Shown: positions 49,194-60,100, counted from the stretch's first letter. The stretch is 64,000 nucleotides of DNA from Lachnospiraceae bacterium (GCA_024680595.1 JAILCB010000083.1:1664-65663), one strand, 5' to 3'. Numbers and translations: made by a program. The notes: a model not told the origin generated them from the sequence alone.

Positions 49194-50432
49194 TCACACC
49201 TTTCTGAAAGCAAGACAGGCATTGTGACCGCCAAATCCAAGAGAATTGGAAAGTGCCAGAGTAATATCTGCCTTTACGGCAGTATTGGGAACACAGTTCA
49301 GATCACAGTTTTCATCCTGCTCCTTCAAATTAATGGTAGGAGGAATGATTCCCTCATTTAATGCAAAGAGACAGGCCATGGCTTCAATGGCTCCTGCAGC
49401 ACCCAGCATGTGTCCTGTCATGGACTTGGTGGAGCTGACGAAAGCCTTCCTGGCATTCTCTTCTCCCAGGGCTTTCTTGATGGCCAGGGTTTCTACCGAG
49501 TCATTCATAGGTGTGCCGGTACCGTGGGCATTGACATATACCAGGTCCTTATCACTATAGCCCGCTTCCTTCATGGCATTGATCATGGCCTGGGCGCCTC
49601 CCCTGGCATCGGGATGGGGTGAAGTAATATGATAGGCGTCGCAGGTGGAGCCATAGCCGCAGACTTCCCCGTAAATCTTTGCCCCTCTTGCCTTGGCATG
49701 CTCATATTCTTCCAGAATCAGGGCAACGGAGCCCTCGCCAATGACGAATCCGCCTCTGCGGCTGTCAAAGGGCAGGGAGGCCTCATCCGGATTCTCAGCG
49801 GTAGACAGGGCTTTCATATTAATGAATCCCGCAATGGCACAAGGCACTACAGCCGCCTCGGCGCCGCCGCTAATTACGGCATCCGCATAGCCGTGGCGGA
49901 TAAGCCGCATGCCCTCTCCTATGGCATCGGAACCGGAAGCACAGGCCGTGACGGCAGGCATTGCCGTACCACGACAGTCGTGACGAATGGCGATGAGGCC
50001 GGACGCCATATTACCTATCATCATAGGAATGAAGAGGGATGACACCCTGCGGGGTCCCTTCTCCATGAGCTTTGTGTGCTCTGCTTCAAAGGTATTGATG
50101 CCTCCAATGCCCGTACCAAAAATGACAGAAAAGCGGTCGGGGTCTACGGTTCCTTTCACACCGCTATCCTCCACAGCCTCCTGGGCTGCAGCCACTGCGA
50201 ACTGGGCATAACGGTCGGTGCGGTTCACGTCATTGGGCTCGAAGTACTGCCTGGGGTCGAAATCCTTGACCTCAGCCGCCAGCTTTGCCTTGAAATTATC
50301 TGTATTAAAAAGGGTGATGGGGGCGATACCGTTCTTTCCGTCCTTCATGGCATTCCAGGTATCCGCCACATTCTTTCCTAAAGGAGTCATTGCGCCGAGA
50401 CCGGTCACAACAACGCGTCTATAATCACTCAT
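49194..50432 (-). CDS. fabF: 3-oxoacyl-ACP synthase II
   Basis: RRVVVTGLG, TACASG, NAHGTGT, GHMLGAAG, GFGGHN. Confidence 0.95.
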   Translation of the reverse strand: MSDYRRVVVTGLGAMTPLGKNVADTWNAMKDGKNGIAPITLFNTDNFKAKLAAEVKDFDPRQYFEPNDVNRTDRYAQFAVAAAQEAVEDSGVKGTVDPDRFSVIFGTGIGGINTFEAEHTKLMEKGPRRVSSLFIPMMIGNMASGLIAIRHDCRGTAMPAVTACASGSDAIGEGMRLIRHGYADAVISGGAEAAVVPCAIAGFINMKALSTAENPDEASLPFDSRRGGFVIGEGSVALILEEYEHAKARGAKIYGEVCGYGSTCDAYHITSPHPDARGGAQAMINAMKEAGYSDKDLVYVNAHGTGTPMNDSVETLAIKKALGEENARKAFVSSTKSMTGHMLGAAGAIEAMACLFALNEGIIPPTINLKEQDENCDLNCVPNTAVKADITLALSNSLGFGGHNACLAFRKV

Positions 50433-50443
50433 AATTACTCTCC

Positions 50444-51172
50444 TTACATAGCGATGCCGCCGTCTACGCGGAGCACCTCGCCTGTTACATATTTTGCGGT
50501 CACCAGATAGGCTACGGCCTCCGCCACATCCTCGGGCTCTCCCATCCTGCCCAGGGGAATCATCTTGAGCAGGGGATTGTCTGTCTGGTCTCCTGTCATA
50601 TCTGTAGCAATGAAGCCCGGAGCCACTGCATTACAGCGGATGCCCTTAGGGGCCAGCTCCTTGGCTACGGACTTGGTGAGGCCGATGAGGCCTGCCTTGG
50701 AGGCGCTATAATTGCACTGGCCCGCATTTCCCATCATGCCGGAAACGGAGCTGATATTCACGATGCAGCCTTCCTTGGCCCTGAGGAATAAACCTGTCAT
50801 ATGGCGAATCATATGAAAGGCTCCTTTCAGGTTTGTGTCCAGCACCGCATCAAAGTCCTCCTCCTTCATCATAGCAAGGAGGCCGTCCCTGGTAATGCCC
50901 GCATTATTAATGAGAATCTGGGCGGTGCCGAAGTCTGCTTTCACTTTTGCAACGGTCTCCTTGGTCTCGGAGAAATCTGCCACATTGCACTGATAAGCCT
51001 TGGCCTCCACGCCGTAGTCCTGCTTACATTTCTCGCAGACCTTTTCCGCGGCAGTTACGTTTCCGGCATATATCACAGCAATATTGGCCCCCAGAGAGGC
51101 TAATTTGTAGGCGATTGCCTCGCCTATGCCACGGGACCCTCCGGTTACAAGTGCTGTTTTTCCTTTCAGCAT
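50444..51172 (-). CDS. fabG: 3-oxoacyl-ACP reductase
   Basis: TGGSRGIG, NNAGITRD, YSASK. Confidence 0.95.
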   Translation of the reverse strand: MLKGKTALVTGGSRGIGEAIAYKLASLGANIAVIYAGNVTAAEKVCEKCKQDYGVEAKAYQCNVADFSETKETVAKVKADFGTAQILINNAGITRDGLLAMMKEEDFDAVLDTNLKGAFHMIRHMTGLFLRAKEGCIVNISSVSGMMGNAGQCNYSASKAGLIGLTKSVAKELAPKGIRCNAVAPGFIATDMTGDQTDNPLLKMIPLGRMGEPEDVAEAVAYLVTAKYVTGEVLRVDGGIAM

Positions 51173-51174
51173 GC

Positions 51175-52065
51175 TTACACCTCCGCCATATATTCACTCA
51201 GGGTTACTGCTTTAACTTCCTTGCTGATCTTCTTCACCATATTGGTGAGTGTCTTGCCGGGGCCGATTTCAATGAAGGTATCGACACCCTCCTCTATCAT
51301 GTTGCGGATTATTTTCTCCCACATGACAGGACTGCAAATCTGATCAGAAAGGAGGCCTGCTATATTCCCGCTATAAGTTCCTGCTGTCTTGTCGGAGTAA
51401 AGGATCCTTTCAGGTTTATGAATCTGAACCTTTGCCAGCTCTTCCGCAAAGCCCGCTGCCGCCTCCTTCATGAAAGGAGAATGAAAGGCTCCTTTCACTT
51501 TTAAAGGAAGGGCCCGTCCTCCCGCCTCCTTTACGTCAGCGGAGAAATCTCCCATTTGGGAGGCCAGGCCGGATACGGTGATCTGTCCGGGACAGTTATA
51601 GTTTACGGGATAGACATCGGAATACTTGCCGGCTAATTCCTCCACCTTTTCGGGAGTCAGCTTCAGGACTGCAGCCATGGCGGTATCCACCTTTTCTGAT
51701 GCCTCCTGCATGAGCTCCCCCCTTCTGCAGACCAGGCGGAAGCCGGTCTCCCTATCAAAGACTCCGCTCACCGTGGCGGCCACCACCTCTCCCAGAGAGA
51801 AGCCTGCCAGGGCGTCAGGGATGACTCCTTTGTCCTGTAATACACAGGAAGCCGCCAGCTCCATGGCGAAGAGGCAGGGCTGTGTATTCTTGGTCTCCTT
51901 TAAGTCTTCCTCGCTGCCCTCAAAGCACTGCTTTGAGGTACCCGGGCGGATACCGTCGCAGAGGTCAAAGACTTCCTTTGCCACAGGATAATTATCATAA
52001 AGGTCCTTTCCCATGCCGGGGTACTGGTCGCCCTGACCTGAGAAGATGAATGCTATTTTACCCAT
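51175..52065 (-). CDS. fabD: Malonyl-CoA:ACP transacylase
   Basis: FSGQGDQ, TQP, GFSLGE, GAFHS, EIGPG. Confidence 0.95.
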   Translation of the reverse strand: MGKIAFIFSGQGDQYPGMGKDLYDNYPVAKEVFDLCDGIRPGTSKQCFEGSEEDLKETKNTQPCLFAMELAASCVLQDKGVIPDALAGFSLGEVVAATVSGVFDRETGFRLVCRRGELMQEASEKVDTAMAAVLKLTPEKVEELAGKYSDVYPVNYNCPGQITVSGLASQMGDFSADVKEAGGRALPLKVKGAFHSPFMKEAAAGFAEELAKVQIHKPERILYSDKTAGTYSGNIAGLLSDQICSPVMWEKIIRNMIEEGVDTFIEIGPGKTLTNMVKKISKEVKAVTLSEYMAEV

Positions 52066-53006
52066 TGCGATGCCCTCATAAGGATGGGCTCTGCCCCCTC
52101 CACTACTTCCTTGATGATTTCAGCCGCAGGCTGTTCTTTCTTCACCATGGCGGCAATCTGACCTGAAAGGAAGCATCCTTTCTGCATGTCGCCTTCCTCC
52201 ACGGCTAGCCTTAAAGCTCCTTTTCCCAGTTCCTCCAGCTCTTCATCCGGAGTGCCGGAGAACTCGGCCTTGGCATAGTCCTTGGCGAACTGGGTCCTCA
52301 AACTGCGGACCGGATGGCCCAGCTTCTTTCCTGTAACCATGGTGCAGAGATCCGTGGCCTTGAGGATTTTCTCCTTGTAGGTGGGATGGATGGTGCACTC
52401 TTCGGCGCTCAGGAAACGGGTTCCCATCTGTACGCCCTGAGCTCCCAGCATGAGGGCCGCCGCAAAGCCTCTGCCGTCCGCAATTCCGCCTGCCGCGATG
52501 ACGGGCAGATTAGTGGCATCACAAATCTGGGGTACCAGAACCATGGTGGTCAGCTCGCCCACGTGGCCGCCGCTCTCGCCTCCCTCTGCAATCAGGGCCG
52601 AGGCTCCCAGCCTGGTCATGAGCTTGGCCATGGCCACCGAGGCCACCACGGGAATTACCTTGATGCCTGCGGCCAGCCAGTCCTTGATGTACTTGGAGGG
52701 ATTTCCCGCTCCGGTGGTGACCACCTCTACCTTTTCCTCTATAACTATCCTTGCCACATCATCCGCGAAGGGACTGAGCAGCATAATATTCACACCAATG
52801 GCTTTGTCGGTAATGGTTCTGGCAATATGGATCTGGTCTCTGACATAATCTCCCGGGGCATTTCCGGCCGCTATAATGCCAAGACCGCCACCGTTGGAAA
52901 CGGCGGCGGCCAGTTTGCCGTCAGCGATCCAAGCCATACCACCCTGAAAGACCGGGTACTTGATACCCAGCATTTCACAAATTTCTGACTGAATCATATA
53001 TATCAA
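52053..53006 (-). CDS. fabK: Enoyl-ACP reductase FabK
   Basis: QGGMAW, EGGESGGH, AAGGIADGRG, QMGTRF; the true start may be 52997. Confidence 0.92.
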   Translation of the reverse strand: MIYMIQSEICEMLGIKYPVFQGGMAWIADGKLAAAVSNGGGLGIIAAGNAPGDYVRDQIHIARTITDKAIGVNIMLLSPFADDVARIVIEEKVEVVTTGAGNPSKYIKDWLAAGIKVIPVVASVAMAKLMTRLGASALIAEGGESGGHVGELTTMVLVPQICDATNLPVIAAGGIADGRGFAAALMLGAQGVQMGTRFLSAEECTIHPTYKEKILKATDLCTMVTGKKLGHPVRSLRTQFAKDYAKAEFSGTPDEELEELGKGALRLAVEEGDMQKGCFLSGQIAAMVKKEQPAAEIIKEVVEGAEPILMRASQWVK

Positions 53007-53224
53007 CCCTTCTTTTTCTGGATGAACTTATCCAGTTCGTCGATAGTCTCCACCTTCTCATCTAATTCGATCTCAATTCCGATCTCGTCCTCCAGCTCCA
53101 TGAGCAGATCAACGGTATCCAGAGAGTCGATGCCCAGCTCCGAGAACTTGCTTTCACGCTTGATGGTGGAAATGTCACAGCCGATACGCTCTGAGACAAC
53201 TTTTGCAATAACGTCAAAATACAT
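53003..53224 (-). CDS. acpP: Acyl carrier protein
   Basis: LGIDSLD phosphopantetheine motif; 73 aa, acidic; first gene of the operon. Confidence 0.92.
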   Translation of the reverse strand: MYFDVIAKVVSERIGCDISTIKRESKFSELGIDSLDTVDLLMELEDEIGIEIELDEKVETIDELDKFIQKKKG

Positions 53225-53281
53225 GATAGGTTACCTCCAATAATGATTTACAAATAGGTTTTTTATTGATTATCCGTATGC

Positions 53282-53335
53282 ATTATAGGAGGTGTGCGTT
53301 CCTAGAAAGAAACCTAGGCGTTCCAAAAGCGTTCC
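53282..53335 (-). promoter_or_regulatory. Promoter of the fab/acc operon: three GGAACGC heptamers (11/22-nt period) ending 8 nt before TATAAT
   Basis: Plus-strand GCGTTCC at 53296-53302, 53318-53324 and 53329-53335; ATTATA (minus-strand TATAAT) at 53282-53287. Confidence 0.75.
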
Positions 53336-53376
53336 TTTTTTGTAAACATTTTATGAACGAAGGGGGGATTTCTATT

Positions 53377-55359
53377 TTAAGTGAAGTCGTTTAGGTGCTT
53401 CCGGAGCTCCAGCATCTTGTCCCTCAGCTCCGCCGCCGTCTCGAAGTCCAGCTCCGCCGCGGCGGACCGCATCTTCTTCTCTACCTCCTTGATGACCTTT
53501 TCCAGCTCCTTCTTGTCCATGGACTCCGGATCCTTCTGCAGCTCATACTCGCTCCTGGCCACCTTCTTGGACAGGGAAATCAGGTCCCGGACGGCTTTCT
53601 GTATGGTCTGGGGGGTGATGCCGTGTTCCTCATTGTATTTTTGCTGGATTTCCCGTCTCCGCCTGGTCTCGTCTATGCAGAAGCGCATGGAGTCCGTCAT
53701 CATATCCGCATACATGACTACATGGCCTTCGGCATTTCTGGCGGCCCGGCCTACGGTCTGAATGAGGGATGTGGAGGAACGCAGAAAGCCCTCCTTGTCG
53801 GCGTCTAATATGGCTACCAGGGCGATTTCCGGAATGTCCAGGCCCTCCCGGAGCAGATTGATACCCACAAGGACATCAAAAATGTCCAGTCTCATATCCC
53901 GGATTATCTCCGCCCTTTCCAGGGTGTCGATGTCGGAATGCAGGTAACGCACCCGAATCCCCACTTCCCGCAGATAATCCGTCAGGTCCTCCGCCATCTT
54001 TTTGGTCAGAGTGGTCACCAGGATCTTATTCTTCTTCTGGACCTCCTTGTTGATCTCCCCCACCAGGTCGTCAATCTGGCCCTTTGTGGGTTTCACTGCG
54101 ATTTCCGGATCCAATAATCCCGTGGGCCGGAGTATCTGCTCAGCCCGCAGGAGCTCATGCTGCTCCTCATAGTCGGCGGGTGTGGCCGATACGAAGAGGA
54201 TTTGATTGATGTGCTGTTCAAATTCCTCAAAGCACAAAGGACGGTTGTCCTTGGCGGAGGGCAGACGGAAGCCGTACTCCACCAGAGTATTCTTTCGGGA
54301 TAGGTTTCCATTAAACATGCCCCCGATCTGGGGTATGGTCATGTGGGATTCGTCCACGATAATAAGGAAGTCATCCGGGAAGAAGTCTATTAGGGTGGTG
54401 GGCGGAGTACCGGGAGCCGCCCCGGACATGGGGCCTGTATAATTCTCGATCCCGCTGCAGAAGCCGGTCTCCCTCAGCATTTCCATGTCAAACTTGGTCC
54501 GCTCCGCAATACGCTGGGCCTCAATGAGCTTGTCCTCGGACTTGAAGTACTTAACCCTCTCGTCCAGCTCCTTTAGGATCCGGGCTATACCGGCCTCCAT
54601 CTTGTCCTTGGGCATGACATAGTGGGAGGCAGGGAAGATGGAAATCTGGCGCAGTTCCTCCTTGGGCTCTCCGGTCAGGACATCCACCGTAACGATGCGG
54701 TCAATTTCATCCCCGAAGAACTCCACCCTGACCGCCGTATCGTCGGCCTCTGCCGGGAAAATCTCCAGCACGTCCCCTCTCACCCGGAAGGTGCCCCGGT
54801 GAAAGTCCATATCATTTCTGGTGTATTGGATATTAATGAGCTCGTGAATGACATCGTCCCGGTCCTTTTCCTGTCCGGGCCGCAAGGAGACAATCATGGC
54901 CAGATAGTCGTCCGGTGAGCCCAGGCCGTAAATACAGGAAACCGAAGCCACCACAACCACGTCCTTTCTCTCGGACAGGGCCGCCGTAGCCGAAAGCCTC
55001 AGCTTGTCGATTTCGTCATTGATGGCAGAATCTTTCTCAATGTAGGTGTCCGTGGAAGGCACATAGGCCTCCGGCTGGTAATAATCATAATAGGACACAA
55101 AGTATTCCACTGCGTTCTCCGGAAAGAATTCCTTGAACTCGGAATAAAGCTGACCCGCCAGAGTCTTATTGTGGGCTATCACCAAGGTGGGCTTATTGAG
55201 CCTGGCAATTACATTGGCCATGGTGAAGGTCTTGCCGGATCCCGTGACCCCCAGCAGGGTCTCGCACTGGTTGCCCTCCTCAAAGCCCTTAACCAATTTC
55301 TCAATAGCCTCCGGCTGATCGCCGGTGGGCTGATAGTCGGAATGAAGTTTGAAATCCAT
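53377..55359 (-). CDS. uvrB: Excinuclease ABC subunit B
   Basis: [40 protein letters not shown]-terminal UVR domain; ATG at 55359 with AGGAGG upstream. Confidence 0.97.
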   Translation of the reverse strand: MDFKLHSDYQPTGDQPEAIEKLVKGFEEGNQCETLLGVTGSGKTFTMANVIARLNKPTLVIAHNKTLAGQLYSEFKEFFPENAVEYFVSYYDYYQPEAYVPSTDTYIEKDSAINDEIDKLRLSATAALSERKDVVVVASVSCIYGLGSPDDYLAMIVSLRPGQEKDRDDVIHELINIQYTRNDMDFHRGTFRVRGDVLEIFPAEADDTAVRVEFFGDEIDRIVTVDVLTGEPKEELRQISIFPASHYVMPKDKMEAGIARILKELDERVKYFKSEDKLIEAQRIAERTKFDMEMLRETGFCSGIENYTGPMSGAAPGTPPTTLIDFFPDDFLIIVDESHMTIPQIGGMFNGNLSRKNTLVEYGFRLPSAKDNRPLCFEEFEQHINQILFVSATPADYEEQHELLRAEQILRPTGLLDPEIAVKPTKGQIDDLVGEINKEVQKKNKILVTTLTKKMAEDLTDYLREVGIRVRYLHSDIDTLERAEIIRDMRLDIFDVLVGINLLREGLDIPEIALVAILDADKEGFLRSSTSLIQTVGRAARNAEGHVVMYADMMTDSMRFCIDETRRRREIQQKYNEEHGITPQTIQKAVRDLISLSKKVARSEYELQKDPESMDKKELEKVIKEVEKKMRSAAAELDFETAAELRDKMLELRKHLNDFT

Positions 55360-55379
55360 TATTTTAATAATCCTCCTGT

Positions 55380-55528
55380 GAATCCTATGACTTTCCGAAT
55401 GCGACAAGGAAGCGCATTCGGAAATCCCGCGCACCGCGCGGGACACGTCCCCGCTTCGCGGGGCCTGGTCCGGTACGTATTCCGAATTTCTGATGAAATT
55501 CGGAATCCTATGACTTTCCAAATGCGAC
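55380..55528 (-). repeat. Dispersed structured repeat family B, copy 3, with a 26-nt direct repeat at both ends
   Basis: GAATCCTATGACTTTCC(G/A)AATGCGAC at 55380 and 55503; internal hairpins. Confidence 0.85.
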
Positions 55529-55805
55529 TCCTTGTCAACCAATTAAAGGAGCTTTGTGAAGGCATATCCTTGACCTCGACATCCTTTTGCTCACTCTTTC
55601 CGATAATAATAATAACCGAAAATGGCTTTTGCAACATTTTTATGGATGTCATTCTGCGTTTGTCCAATTTAATCAGAAGCGGATTCCCAGACGTGGAGTA
55701 ACTGATGATAAAAAATCTTGCTTAAAATACTATGTAGAAAACTTGTATAAAAAATATTATTCAATTATATTAATCAAAAAAATAATCAGAGGAGCGCACT
55801 AATTA

Positions 55806-57134
55806 ATGGCTAGTATCAAGATATCAGATCATTTTACTGCGAGAAAGATGCTTTGGTTTGCGATTCCCTGCATCGGAATGCAAATTGTTGATAATACATA
55901 TCAAATGGTTGATGGATATTTTGTGTCTAACGTGCTGGGAGAAGGAGTTTTTGCGGCTGAAAACATGATTTTTCCTCCGCTCTCTCTTTTGCTGGCACTT
56001 GGGCTTGTATTCGGAGCAGGCGGAAGCGCAATAATCGCATTGTATCTCGGAGAAGGAAAGGATGATTATGCGAGAGAGACCTTGTCAATGATCAGCCTGG
56101 TTCTGCTGGTTGCGGGCAGTATTATATCCGCTCTTGCTTATATATTTATGCCTTATATCGCCCATCTGTCTGGTGCTACAAAGGAGCTGGTTCCATATTG
56201 CACCGTTTACGGAAGGACACTTGCCTTATTTATGCCGGTACAGATGCTTAATTATGCCTTTCAGGAGTATTTGGTTGTCGCGGATGAGGGGAAACTGGGA
56301 TTTATTTCCTCCGTGATAAACGCTCTTTCAAATATAATTCTGGATTACCTGTTTCTTGTAAGATTTAACTACGGACTTGCGGGTGCAGCTGTGGCGACCG
56401 GAGTCGCCTGGTGCTTTAGTCTGCTTGTTTCACTGATATATTTCCTCAACAAAAAACACAATCTTCACTTTGTTCTTTTTAAAATCCGTCTCAAGAACAT
56501 ATTACAGGCCCTTCTTAACGGCTCCTCCGAAATGGTGGATGCTGTGTCTTACGCAATCGTTGGAATAATTTTCAACAGACGTCTGATTGAACTTCTTTCG
56601 GCGAGAGGCGTAGCTTCCTATGCAGTGACAGAATATGTTTCAGGAGTGTTTGTCGCTGTTCTGATGGGATTTGGCATCTCCATGATACCTGTCTTTGGAT
56701 ACCGATTTGGAGAAAAGAATTTTGATGAGCTGAAAAGGCTGAGAAATATAAGCTTAAAGATTGTCGTTATCTTGGGCCTTATCATGACGACGATCGCCAT
56801 CATCTTCAGCTCTGTTATATCCGGTGTGTTTGTGGGTTACGATAAAGAGCTAATAGATATGGCCACATATGCCCTCAGGATATGCGGTTTGGCGTATACG
56901 TTATGCGGTATCAACATGTTTTCTTCCTCGGTGTTTACAGGTGTTTCAGACGGCTTATCATCGGCAATAATTGCTGTTTTGAGGAGTTTTGTCATGCCCA
57001 TTGTATTTGTCTTTGCTTTGCCTGCTGTTTTTGAAGATGACGCAGTGTGGTTTACATCTCTGTGTTCTGAAATTGTGACCATTCTGTTTGTTGTTATTTT
57101 ATATAGAAGCAGATTTCCCAAGAAAGGTAATTAA
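55806..57134 (+). CDS. MATE family efflux transporter
   Basis: YQMVDGYFVSN, NIILDYLF...GLAGAAVAT; about 12 TM segments. Confidence 0.9.
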   Translation: MASIKISDHFTARKMLWFAIPCIGMQIVDNTYQMVDGYFVSNVLGEGVFAAENMIFPPLSLLLALGLVFGAGGSAIIALYLGEGKDDYARETLSMISLVLLVAGSIISALAYIFMPYIAHLSGATKELVPYCTVYGRTLALFMPVQMLNYAFQEYLVVADEGKLGFISSVINALSNIILDYLFLVRFNYGLAGAAVATGVAWCFSLLVSLIYFLNKKHNLHFVLFKIRLKNILQALLNGSSEMVDAVSYAIVGIIFNRRLIELLSARGVASYAVTEYVSGVFVAVLMGFGISMIPVFGYRFGEKNFDELKRLRNISLKIVVILGLIMTTIAIIFSSVISGVFVGYDKELIDMATYALRICGLAYTLCGINMFSSSVFTGVSDGLSSAIIAVLRSFVMPIVFVFALPAVFEDDAVWFTSLCSEIVTILFVVILYRSRFPKKGN

Positions 57135-57138
57135 AAAA

Positions 57139-60100
57139 ATGAATGATGTGGTCAAAGATATTGTTACTATCCCGGATAAAATTAGGGAGCTTGCTGCGAC
57201 GATTCCTGATAAAACCGCGATAATAGGGAAAGACAGAATCCTTACCTACAAGAGTCTGGATGAACTTTCTGACAGGGTGTCTTATGGTTTGATAAAGGCA
57301 TGTCCCAATCTGCCGAAAGAATCCCCTATCGGCCTTTTACTGGACAGGAAATCCTATGTTTTTCCTCTTGAAATCGGAATTAACAGAGCCGGTTTTTCTT
57401 ATATTCCAATGACCGATGAATATCCTGAGGACAGAATTGTGTACTGCATGGAAAATGCCGACAGCACTGTCCTTATTACAACCTATGACATTTTGCATAG
57501 TAAGCCGGATCTGAAAATTCATGACTTCAAAATTATTTTTGTGGAAGAAGTCATATCTTATGAAGGTGAGCCGGCAGAGCTTCCGAAGTTAGGTATGGAC
57601 CAGCTGACGCATATCATTTACACTTCGGGCTCCACCGGACTTCCTAAGGGGGTTAAGCATACCGCTCTTTCCGATGCCGTACATGTGAATGATTTTGAGA
57701 AGAGAAATCTGTTTCACGTTTATTATTCGGATCAGAAAACAACTATGTCGATGACGCAGATTTCATTTGTCGTAGCTATTTTCGATTATATGTCACTTTA
57801 CAACGGAGGAACTGTGGTATTTCCTTCGGAAGAAGATTTTAGAAATATAAAACAGCTGTCTGAAAAAATGCTTGAATATGAAGTTCAGAGTGTATTTATG
57901 ACACCCTCATTCCTAAAGACTTTCATGGAGGTCAGGTCGTCGAGGCCTCCGATTGCCATTCTGGATGTCCTGATTTTTGGCGGAGAGAAGGGTAATTCAC
58001 AGATTGTGGATGATGTATTCAAAATTAATCCCACTATTCAGATTGTGAGTGGCTACGGATGCACTGAGTCAAATTCGGGAATATTAAGAAAGATTATTAC
58101 CGCAGAGGATCGGGAGTTCAGTGCCGGAGAACTGTCTTTTGTCGCTAGTGCTTTCGTTGTAGATGAAAATGGTAATCCGATCAAAGATGGCGGGAGCGGG
58201 GAACTATGGCTCTCTTCACCATGTATTTCCGTTGGATACCAAAATCTGGAGGAGAACAACAGGAAATCTTTTATTACTGTCGATGGAAAGCGCTATTTCA
58301 AGACAGGAGATATTGCTTTTCAGGATAAAAAGGGAAATTACCATATAACAGGCAGAAAAGACGACATGGTCAAATATCATGGCCAGCGCGTGGAGCTTGG
58401 AGAAATTGAAAACCTGATCCTGGAGATCGATGGAGTAAAGCAGTGTACAGTTCTTATGAAAAACAATAAACAGGAGGACTTTCTTGTTGCTTTTTATACG
58501 TCATCCAGAGAGTTTAAGGTCAAAGAACTCACAGATAGCCTGAGAAAAAAGCTGCCTGCCTATATGATACCCGGTGTTTATATCAATCTTGATGAAATGC
58601 CGCTAAACAGCAGCAAAAAGATTGACCGCATGAAACTCATGGAGATGGAAGTTTCCTTTGAAGGCTCCGACTATGTGGAAGCTGAGACAGACCTTGAGAA
58701 ATATTTATGTGAATGTTTCGGAAAAGTACTGGGAGTCGGAAAATTCAGTGTTACAGGGGATTTCTTTGAGTATGGCGGAACATCTCTCAGCGTTTCAAGA
58801 CTTCTCTCGATTCTTGAAGAGAATGGATATTCCATATCCTACGGAGATGTCAACAGTAATCCCAGGCCCAGAAAGCTTGCGGTATTTCTTGAAAACTCTG
58901 AGAATGCCGCAAAAATCCCGCCTATGGACAGGGATAAATATCCCCTGACAAAGACCCAGCTCGGAATCTATCTCGAGGGTATAACCGGCGGAAGCAAAGA
59001 AACCTATACTACACAATACATGATGGAGGCCGAGCCCGGGATTGATGAAATCAAATTGACGGAAGCGGTACATAAGCTATTTGATGCCCATCCTGCCTTA
59101 AAATATAAAATACAGTGCGGCGCAGACAATCTTCCATACATGGTCATGGTTCCCGATGAGAAAATTGAAGTACCTGTGTTTGAAGGGAAAGCAGATGACA
59201 GGATAGATTTTGCAAACCGTTATATGCCGGTTGTTAAGATATTGGACAATCTGCTCTTCCATTTTGCTGTATATAAAACAGAAAAATGCTGTTATCTTCT
59301 CCTGAAGTCACATCTAATTGCAAGTGACGGTACATCGCTGAGCCTCCTGATCTCGGACCTTAACAGGGCGCTTAAAGGTGATGAGCTCGTGGGTGAAGAC
59401 TGCTGTATTCAGCAAATAGGAATGTATGAGAAAGCTCTCATTGACAGCGGGGCACATGATAAGGCGGCTGAGTATTACAAAAAACTCTTTGCGAAGATGG
59501 ATGGTCTGGATTCCCTGATGGGAGATCTGAATAAACCACTCACTCCCGGGGTGAGCAAAAATTATAGATATGAGCCTAAGACACTTAATACCGAAACGGT
59601 AAAGGAATTCTGTAACAGATACCAGATTACCGAGAGTTCATTCTTTATGGGAGCAATGGCCATCCTCCTTGGAAAGTACCTATACTCTGATCATGTGTCT
59701 TTTTCAACGGTATACAGCGGAAGATCCCTCCCGGTAATGAACCATACAATCGGCACTCTAATAAAAAGAATTCCTGTATACGGGGATCTTTCTGAAAATA
59801 CGGATATTATTACCTTCCTTACTGCTATGAGTAAGCAGGTGTTTTCAAACATGAGTAATGATATCTATTCCTTTGATGAAGTCCTGAAGGAGTGTCCTGT
59901 CAATGAGGATGTGGAGTTCATTTATCAGGGAGATCTGTTCACTGACAATATGGGGAAAGCAGGCGGAGATCCGCTCTTAAAGAGCGACTCCTATTTCATG
60001 GAACAGTATCATACCGGTATGGTGACGGGATGTATGTCCATACAGTTTTTTGCTACCAATGGTCTTTATAACATGACAATTGAGTACAGGAACGAAAGAT

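Noticed and set aside
55360-55542. 61-aa N-terminal extension of UvrB
   Set aside because: It is read-through across the family-B repeat; the ATG at 55359 has an RBS and gives the normal UvrB start.
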